Source of the DNA: Zygnema circumcarinatum SAG 698-1b | Lineage: Eukaryota; Plantae; Zygnematophyceae | Assembly: GCA_037447605.1 (NCBI GenBank) | Contig: CM074816.1 | Span: forward strand, 2,508,525 to 2,572,524 | DNA: 64,000 nucleotides | Reading direction: 5' to 3' | In this document: piece by piece, positions 55,687-64,000 of the stretch | Numbering within the stretch: position 1 is the stretch's first letter | Layout: each line of letters starts with the position of its first letter | Made by a program: the position numbers and the translations under genes | The notes under the pieces: generated by a model | Databases searched by the model: none | Seen by the model: the letters and a program-made list of their open reading frames with translations, nothing else | Told to the model about the DNA's origin: nothing

Positions 55687-58600
55687 CTTGTCTCGTAGGG
55701 AATAAACTTGTCCGGGAAATGTTTTGAATTGTCATCCAACCAGTTGGTGAGTTGGGAGCCTCCCGCCCACATGCCCAAAACGTGGGTGGGCACTCTCTCT
55801 CCGGGCCACACTCCTCCATTGTTTCTCATAATGTTCAGATCTCTCTCCCTCCGAGCGAGAGCTGCTTCTTGGAGAGCTTGATAGGACTTTAATTCGTGGC
55901 CTTTGCGAGGACGGATGGGGTTCAATCCGCGAGAAATTCGGTGGAAGAATTTGGTTCCAAGGGCGGCGAGTTTGACTGCATATATGGGAGGGAGGAAGGA
56001 GGGAGAGAGAGTGGAGGGAAAAAGGAGTGCAGATTGAGTTTGAGGAGTAAGATAAGAGATTTGAGATAAGGGCTGTGGCAAGGGGAGGAGAGAGGGAAAA
56101 GAGAGAGGAGATGAAAGTGGGAGAGGTGAAAATGGGACAGATGAGGGGAGGAGGTGAGGAGAGAAAGAGAGAAAGGGAGGGGGGGGGTGTAAGAGAGAGA
56201 CGAGAGGAAGCAGAGGGAAAGAGATGGGGAGGAGATAAAGAGAGTGGCAAACATGGAACAGGGAAGAGGAGAGGCTGGGGAGGGAGGAGGAGAAGAAGAA
56301 GGGAGGGAGGAAGGAGGAGATTGTATGGAGAGAGAAAGGCACATTCTCTTTGACATTTTTTCACAGTCCTTTATTCAAAAAAAAAAAAAAGCGGACGAAG
56401 CACTTGAAACCGTAAACCTGCCAGGGAAAAAACTCAGATGCGGAAAAAATGAAAGCAGGTTCCATGAAGCCGGTATGGGGCAGTAAAACTGAAATCCGTA
56501 AACCGAAGCCGTAGAAGTGGATTCCGACAAGTAAAACTGATTCGTAAAAAACTGAGAGCATGCTTCAGTTGTGCTCTCACCGTCGGGAGTAGCGACGGCG
56601 GACTCCAGTCCGTACACCATCCCTATGGGAGCAAATTCGTCCATATCATCCCCCCAAATAAAAGTATTTTTGTCGATAATTCCGGCTGCCCAAGCGGTCT
56701 TCATTTGGATCAATTCCATTGGTCCCCTCGACCGGCCCAAACGGTCCTTATAATACCAACCCCCCCCTCGCAAAGCAACTGCAGAGAACAGAAAATGAAA
56801 GAAAAAAAAAAAACCCCAAGAAAAGGAGAGATACAATAAAGAAGTCAGTTTTGCGGGGAGGGTAAGGGAGAGGAGGAGAGGGGACGGAGTGGGGAGAGGG
56901 AAAGCAGGGAAGGGAGAAACAGAAGCGTTTCTAAGATATTTAAATGTGAAAGGGAGAAGAAGTACTTCTGAAAAATCTGTCTCCCTCTGCCCTGCCCCCT
57001 TTCTGCTTCCCTCCATAAACTCACTAACTAACTCACTCCCTCCTTCCCTCCCTGTTTATACCTGTCCCTCTCCCACCAAACCACTCTCAAATATCGCCCA
57101 GATCTCTCCATTTCAAGTCGTCATCCACCTTACTCCCATCTCTCCCCCCTACTCCCCTCCCCCCTCCTCATTCCCATAGTGGCTGCCTCGCCATTTCCGG
57201 CCACATAGACTGGTGTAGCCCCGGACACATCCTGCAACTCTTCCCCCCTCCCTCTCCCTCCCTTCTCTCTACCTCTCCCTTCCCACTCCCTCTCTCCCCC
57301 GTCTCCCTTTTCCCTCCCATTCCCTCTCCACCCCTTCCCTCTCCCTTGTCCCTTCCCCCCCCCCCATAAATCCTCCCTCTTCTCTCCCCCATTCCCTCTC
57401 TCTGTCTCCCCCTCCTCCCTCTCCCCCGTCTCTCTCCCTTCCTCCTCCCTCTCCCTTTCCACCCCTTCTCTCTCCCTCCCCCCTCACCCCCTCNNNNNNN
57501 NNNCCCCCCCCTCCCCCCCCTCCCTCCCCTCCCTCCCCCATCCCTCCGGGAAACGTACAGTCTCGGTAGCGGCGGTGCAGGAAGTCGAAGCCCAAAGCCT
57601 GCTGCGGGTCGAAGGGCTTCTCATTGGGGTACGGTCGCTGGCGGAATCCCCATAGGCCCAACTGCAGCTGCTGAAAGAATTCCAAAAACTTGGAGCTGCC
57701 CTCCTGCTTGCTCTTCATGGCTCGCCGGACCAAGGGGGGGCCGCCCAGGGGGTCTGCAGGGGGGGAGAGAGAGGGGAGGGAGGGAGACGGGGGGAGGGAG
57801 GGAGAGAATGGGGGAAAGGGGGAGAGGGAGAGAAAAGGAGGGGGGAGGAGAGAGGGAGAGACGGAGAGAGGAGGGGCATGACGGGAGGGAGAGAAGGGGG
57901 AAAGGAAGTGAGGGAGTGAGGGCGGGAGGAAGGGCATGACTTCACAATCAGTAACAATCCTTCGAATGATAAGTCCGCAATGGTAACCTTCCTTGGCAGA
58001 GTGGGAAGGATGGCATCAGTATAAGGTGAGTGCAAGGGTATGAAGGGAATTGGGAAAGAAGGGGTATTTTTGGATGTCATTTCTTGCATTTAGAAAAAAA
58101 ACCTCCCTTGAGATCTCCCTCTCCCTTCTTCCTGTGGCCTGCATCCCTCTTCACTAAGCCTCCACTAGTTCTCTCTTCCTCTCTCCCTCCACCCTCCCCC
58201 CTCCCTTTTTCGGCCTCTCCCCTCTCCTTCTGCTCTCTACTCTCTATCCCCAATCGCTCTCTCGCTCACTCTCTCACCCTCTTTCTCTCTCCCGTCCCTC
58301 TCTCGCTCTCTCTCTTTCCCGCTCGCTCCCCCCCCCCTCTGGTGTGTGTGTGCGTCTGCGTGCCTCCGTACCGGGCACAAAGGGAAGCTTTTTCCAGAGA
58401 GGCGCATCTTCCTTCCATAGCGGAGAACTGTTAGCTTTCCTCTCCTCTTCGATTTCTCGGAATTTTAATTGTTCGGATTTGAGCAAAAACTTGACCAAAT
58501 TGCTCTTTTCAAGAGCCTCCCTCAGCTGTTCGGCCCCCCCACCCACCCAACGAAAACAAAATTCATTTTTCTCGAATCTTGTTTCCTTTGAAAGAAAAAA

Positions 58601-59007
58601 AAGAAAAACAAATTGGAACCCTAACTTCAACCCTATTTCTGAACCCCACTTGAAAACCCCTTCAGACCCCAATTCAACTCCCATTACGAGCCACAATCCG
58701 ACCCGTTTTAACCCTAATTTTAACCCTAATTTTAGCCCTAATTTTAACCCTACCCAGTCCTCACAAACCCTGTCCTCGCGGAAAGCAGCCCCACCTTTCT
58801 GTTCTCTTCAACCTCTTTTTGGGTTGTCGGACCCGTTTTCCGCAAAATGAGCGAAGTGGGCGAGTCGTCCAAAACCACATTGTCTCTCGCAAGCAATTTC
58901 TTCCGAAAGACATTGCTCTCAACCGCCGGTTTGGCTGGCGCCTTCCGCCCCTCCGCTTCGCTTTGTTTGCCTCTCCTCCCTCTCAGCAGCCATGAGAGAA
59001 TGCCCAT
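55687..59007 (-). CDS. TIC56: Chloroplast translocon subunit TIC56 (3' end unresolved)
   Basis: 5 exons visible: FQQLQLGLWGFRQRPYP...RRYRDF, GGWYYKDRLGRSRGPMELIQMKTAWAAGIIDKNTFIWGDDMDEFAPI, GGVWPGERVPTHVLGMWAGGSQLT...PDKFIPYE. I did not find the final exon(s); there is an N-gap at 55571-55580. Confidence 0.88.
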
Positions 59008-60302
59008 GGCGGGGGCCCCCTCCCCCCTCTCCCTCTCTCCCTGCCTCTCCCTCTCCCCTCCTCTCTCTCTGTGTCCCCCTCTCTCTCTTCCCCTCTCTCT
59101 CTCAGACACTCCCTCTCTTTCTCTCTCTCTCTCTCCCTCTCTCTGTCTCTCCCTCTCTCTCTCTCTCTCTCTGTGTGCGGCACAAGGGGGGTAGACTTAG
59201 CGCCACGTGGCGGCTGGAAACGGCCCGGCGCTGAACTCCCCCAGGCGGATAAGGCTACCAAAGTGGCGCTGAGCCCCACATACCTCGGCCTGCTTGCTTC
59301 CAAATCCGTTCAACTGCGAATTTCACACGGACACCCCGTTTCGCCAAGTCGCAGTTCGCATGGTACGGTCCTTACAGTTTGAATCCGTACAGTACGGCTC
59401 CCTATGCATGTGGCAGAAGGCATCGATCTGGCGGTGGCGGTGCCATGGGACAAAGGGAACCACGAGAAATCACGAGGAACCACGAGGAACTACGAGGAAC
59501 TACGAGGAACTACGAGGAACCAATATCAACTGTGGCGAAAATTATAAGTCGTCTTCACCCGAGTCAATCACATGTAAATGGGCTGCTGCGAGCGGACATG
59601 TGGATCCGCAAGTTTTTGTTGGATCATGAGTTTTGGGAAAGCGAACCGTACCATAAACTTGTCCCTCGATTCAGCTATTAGACATGCGCATCGCCTCAAA
59701 GTTGATCCCCCGAATGAGGCGGTCATGGTTTCTTCTCATTGAAAATGTAGACATCGAACTCTGCTCACAGGATACCCCTCGAGAATAGTGAATAGGCATT
59801 GATCTCATACGAGTTGGAGGGCTTGGCCACCCCTCAGATTTTAATCGCATGTTGGTGTTTGTTATCCGCACATGGTGCTGCATGGTGAACATTGACATTG
59901 CATGCATGCATGCATGACATGGATATGGGCATGGTCCTCGCCATGCGTCCCACCTCGCCGTGTTGGTCAACGAAGGCGCTCCTAGAAAAGTGTACGTAAC
60001 CGACTGAACGTCGACCGCGGGCGACGTCGGTTGGCTTTCGCAGGTGCGGCGTCGCCTTTGACCGCCCCGTCGCCAGCTCGCGCGTCATACGGACGGCGGT
60101 GCGGCTAGCCGATCGGCGACACGTGGCGTCCCTTGACTCGCGTACGTCTGCCAGCCCACGACAACGCCCGTCGCGACAAAACAGCAATGCGTTGTGGCGC
60201 TGACGTGGAACGACCCACCAATGGCGCGCCGCTGCCGACATCGCCGGCGAGTACAAGAAGCGGCGGGCGGCGGGAGAGAGAGGAGAGGGAAGAGAGGCAG
60301 CC

Positions 60303-62237
60303 ATGGCGACCATGGCAGCAATGGCGGCAGCGATGGCCATGGCGGCGGTTCTGGCTATGGCGACCATGGGGAGCCTCCGCGGCGTGGCGGCGGTCTCTGA
60401 GGGCGGCTGCGGCGCGGCCGCTCTGCAGCGCTGCGACTTCCGCCTCGGCAGCGAGGCCAGGTCAGCGGCCGCCTCAGCCGCCGCGCCACTCAGAGTCCGC
60501 CACGTGGCAGCGTCGACGTTATGATTGCTTCTCCTGGCTTCTGAATTTTCAATAGGAAACTTAAATAACATTACAAGAAAAGAAAAAAAACGACGATGGT
60601 CTTTAACAAGTGACTGATTTCTGTGCAGTTGGGGGGGAGCCTCCGACTCGGCGTCGGAATGGAGCATGGAGGATTCCGTGAGCGGTGGAAAGGCCTTTGT
60701 CGGAAAGGACTCCATTACTGAATTGATCTGCACAAAATTGGAGTTCACTGACTTTTTCGGGGAGGTAAGGACATGCTTCGAACTGTGATCCCCACCGACA
60801 AAAATTGCGATTGTAGCTTTCGGAATCTGGGAGCTCAAGCGGAGCCTACTCTCCATTGCAGGGACCCTAGTTTTTTTGATAGATTTACTTCTCGCAAGAT
60901 TTCTCCGGCCTAAGTGGCAGATAGATTGCAAGCACTGCCGCTAACTGTATGCGCCTAGATGACTACTTGATGAGCTTCTTTCTCATTTCTGCTTTGTGCT
61001 ATTTTATTTGGAACAGTTGTTAACAGAATGGCTCTCAGAGAGCTGCCTGCTCGTCCCCCTTTCATCGATCCAAGTTGTAACATCCGAATGGACGAACAGT
61101 CTTCACTGGGGCGATACCAACCAGGATACGTACCCAGACGACCGTCGATGCTTTGTTTTTGACAAGGACACCTTCATTGAAGAAGAATTTTGCAAACGTC
61201 AGTCACCACCTCCTCCAATTCGTGAATCCCCACCTCCTCCTCCCCGTCGATCCCCACCTCCTCCTCCCCGTAGATCCCCACCTCCTCCTCCCCGTAGATC
61301 CCCACCTCCTCCTCCCCGTAGATCCCCACCTCCTCCTCCCCGTAGATCCCCACCTCCTCCTCACCGTGAATCCCCACCTCCTCCTCCCCGTCAATCCCCA
61401 CCTCCTCCTCCCCGTAGATCCCCACCTCCTCCTCCCCGTAGATCCCCACCTCCTCCTCCCCGTAGATCCCCACCTCCTCCTCCCCGTAGATCCCCACCTC
61501 CTCCTCACCGTGAATCCCCACCTCCTCCCCACCGAAAATCCCCACCTCCTCCCCACCGTGAATCCCCACCTCCTCCTCACCGTGAATCCCCACCACCTCC
61601 TCCCCGTGAATCCCCATCTCCTCCTCCCCGTGAATCCCCGCCTCCTCCTCACCGTGAATCGCCGCCTCCTCCTCCTCGTAAATCCCCCTCTCCTCCTCCT
61701 CGTGAATCCCCAATTCCTCCTCCCCGTGAATCCCCTCCCCGTGAATCCCCATCTCCTCCAGAGAGATCCCCATCACCTTCCCCATGCCAAATCGCCTGTC
61801 CCTCAAACCCACAAGAGTTTTGCGATCTTTTCTTCGCCGGCTTTGAGAAGGACGTTCCCACATTTCATTTGGTCAACAATGTGAGCAGTGACGAGTCGAA
61901 GCCTCTCAGTCCCGGCCTCCGTACATCGAAAATCGGTGGAGAGGTCACGGTGAAGGTGGAAGTCGATGAGTCCGGGAAAGGCGCGTTCATGGGCTGCCCT
62001 TATACCGACGAGTCTCCAGGAAATCAGTTTTATCTCAACGGGGAGGACGCCACTCTGAGGGCTCGCACTTATCAGAACGACCGCGGCGTCGACTTCTTCA
62101 TCAATCGTTGCATTGTTCTCCCTGTTGAGGCGTTCTCCGTCGTCTACAACGGAAACGGGCCGTACAATGTGCCTCCCGACACAGACGGCATGTTTCCATC
62201 GTCACGCCGCTGTGTTGTCTTCAAAACTGAATACTAG
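60303..62237 (+). CDS. Secreted hydroxyproline-rich glycoprotein: globular domain - (SPPPPPRR)n rod - homologous globular domain
   Basis: Exons 60303-60460, 60629-60764, 61017-62237 join in frame. Hydrophobic N-terminus MATMAAMAAAMAMAAVLAMA. 24-nt tandem repeat at about 61203-61780. Confidence 0.75.
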
Positions 62238-63132
62238 AGTTGGCAGGGAGCCCCGAGTGGGCTGTGTGATGAGAGTCTAAAGTAAAGGATCGACAAAATG
62301 ATTTTCTTTGAGTTTTGTAATTTGGGGGGGGGGAGGGGGGGAGGGGGAAAGGGGTTTGTTAAATCTGGAAACGAGTGCTCTGGCAAGAGTGACCTTCGAG
62401 CGCATTCTGAGGGATAGGAATGTTGTGCCGCATGGAAGCTCGCGATATGTACACATGACCATTGTAAAGAAGTTTGATTTTTTTCCTATTTCGCGAGATA
62501 CTCGTTACGAGTAACCTGATGACATGGCATTGATCATCGGATTCTTGCATGTGTGTGCTTGCTTTTCTGAGAACTTCTTTACGTAATTTGCAGCTTGTAA
62601 CCTTCGTGGTTTCAAATGATCTATCCATAGAACCATTATGCTTTCATTTCTATACATTTTCGCTGTAAACAAGACCCTTTTGATGCCTTCATGATAACTC
62701 CACATCAATTTATGGTCAACATAGTAAGAATAAGCCCAGAACATCACACATCTCTGTTGACGAATGTTTGGCGTTGCTTTGCAGCCCTACTTATCCCCTT
62801 CAAAGCAGCCCACTGCGCAGAGAACAAGTGCCACCCCCAATCCCAACGAAGCAAAAGATGCGATTCTATACGAGTCGAAAACATTTCCGCAACAAGTTTG
62901 GAAGCAGCCACAAAAGAAAAGTAGTCCGAACCTCAAATTCAAAACGGCAATCACAGACATCTTTCGATTATCCATGAAATCTTTATCTTATAAACCTCGA
63001 ATCCCAGAAACCTAAACCTTCAACCTCCACCGAACTCCTCCGACACTGAACATACATCCAAAGCCCAAAACCCCACCAGCCCTTACTCCCCCAAGACCCT
63101 AAAACCCTAACCCGGCTCCGAGATGTCTCCGT

Positions 63133-63802
63133 TTAGAAGCAGTAGTAGCCCGTGCAGTGGTTGCAGAGGAATATCTCCCCCTTGCAGGGGACCCCCGGGT
63201 AGCACCACTGCGGCTTGCAGGGCGAGCCCTTAGGGCAGCTCGTGGCCGTACAGTTGGGCTGCGCGCCGGGATTGACGCAGTGCCCGTTAAAGCAGTCCTT
63301 GCCGGCCGCGCACTTGAACCCGCACTTGCCGCAGTTATTCGTGTCACCAAACACCACATTGATGCACTTGTTGCTGCGAAGCCACCGCATTAAAAATGAG
63401 TGGAGGCCACCAAGACCGCATGTTCAGATGCATCCATGGATGCGGCAATTTCACGGAAGCAAGGTTAAGTGGGAGGAGAACAAGCCATGGGAGAGAGGCT
63501 CACTCGCAGCAGGTGATGGCGTTGGGGTCGTAGACGCCCTGCTTGGGTACGAGGAAGTGGTTGAAGCTGGGGTCGTAGCAGAGGGTGGCGTTATCTCGGC
63601 AGTACTTGTGTTTTCCCACTCCCGGCGGGTGCTTGCCTACGCCCGGCGGATGCCGACCCAGGAGGCGCCGCCCGAGGACGAGGGGCTCCTCCGCCATGGC
63701 GCCCTCCTCACTCGCGCTCTGCGGGAGGGCAGAGAGAGAGAGAAAGAGGAAAAGAAAGGGGAGCAGAAGGAGCTTTGCGGAGCTCGAAGGGAGGCCCGCC
63801 AT
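63133..63802 (-). CDS. Secreted Cys-rich STIG1-domain-like protein
   Basis: Exons 63802-63504 and 63373-63133. Signal peptide LLLLPFLFLFLSLSA, an RRLL site, then TCCD|NKCINVVFGDTNNCGKCGFKCAAGKDCFNGHCVN, which has STIG1-type spacing (CCxxxCxxxxxDxxNCGxCGxxC). Confidence 0.78.
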
Positions 63803-64000
63803 GGCTGCCGCTCGGCCGAACCACGCTCGCTCGATCAAAGCACGCACGTCGCGGTAGAGAGAGAGAGGGGGGGAGAGAGAGAGAGGGAGAGGGAGAGAGT
63901 GAGAAAGAACGCGAGAGGGGGAGAGTGAGACAGCGCGCGGAGCCGACGGAGCTTTCAGAGACGTCCCGCCGGCAGGGTGGGCGAGTCGAGTCCAACCCTT

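Noticed and set aside
59455-59520. ACGAGGAACT 10-bp tandem repeat (and the 24-nt repeat at 61203-61780) as CRISPR-like arrays
   Set aside because: There are no unique spacers, the context is eukaryotic and there are no cas genes. These are a simple minisatellite and a coding repeat.
59834-60931. 365-aa minus-strand ORF
   Set aside because: It is GC-rich antisense to the first exons of the HRGP gene and has no recognisable motifs.

Overview
A gene-dense, intron-rich eukaryotic window from the green (streptophyte) lineage. Plant-type NBP35, TIC56, D27-like and NCL genes, TTTAGGG-like arrays and GA/CT-filled introns suggest a streptophyte alga such as Zygnematophyceae, but that is an inference. 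In order, the window contains: the 5' half of an apparently intact Ty1/copia LTR retrotransposon inserted at a splice donor of a BAT1-like amino-acid permease; an RWD-RING (RNF25-like) E3 ligase; NBP35; a 14-exon minus-strand gene; U11/U12-65K (RNPC3); an NCL Na+/Ca2+ exchanger; a nested pair of TA-flanked MITEs; D27-like1; a small conserved plastid-type protein; a Gly/Glu-repeat type-I membrane protein; RPS25; TIC56; a dumbbell-shaped SP5 extensin-like secreted protein; and a STIG1-like secreted Cys-rich protein. The main finding is the 14-exon gene at 14157-21813 (-). Hand-splicing gives one continuous frame of about 898 aa in which a complete AMT ammonium transporter runs without a stop into a clade-D-like PP2C phosphatase. 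The AMT C-terminal motif and the start of the PP2C lie in the same exon, so this is a candidate eukaryotic ammonium transceptor-phosphatase. All gene models were spliced by eye, without RNA evidence.
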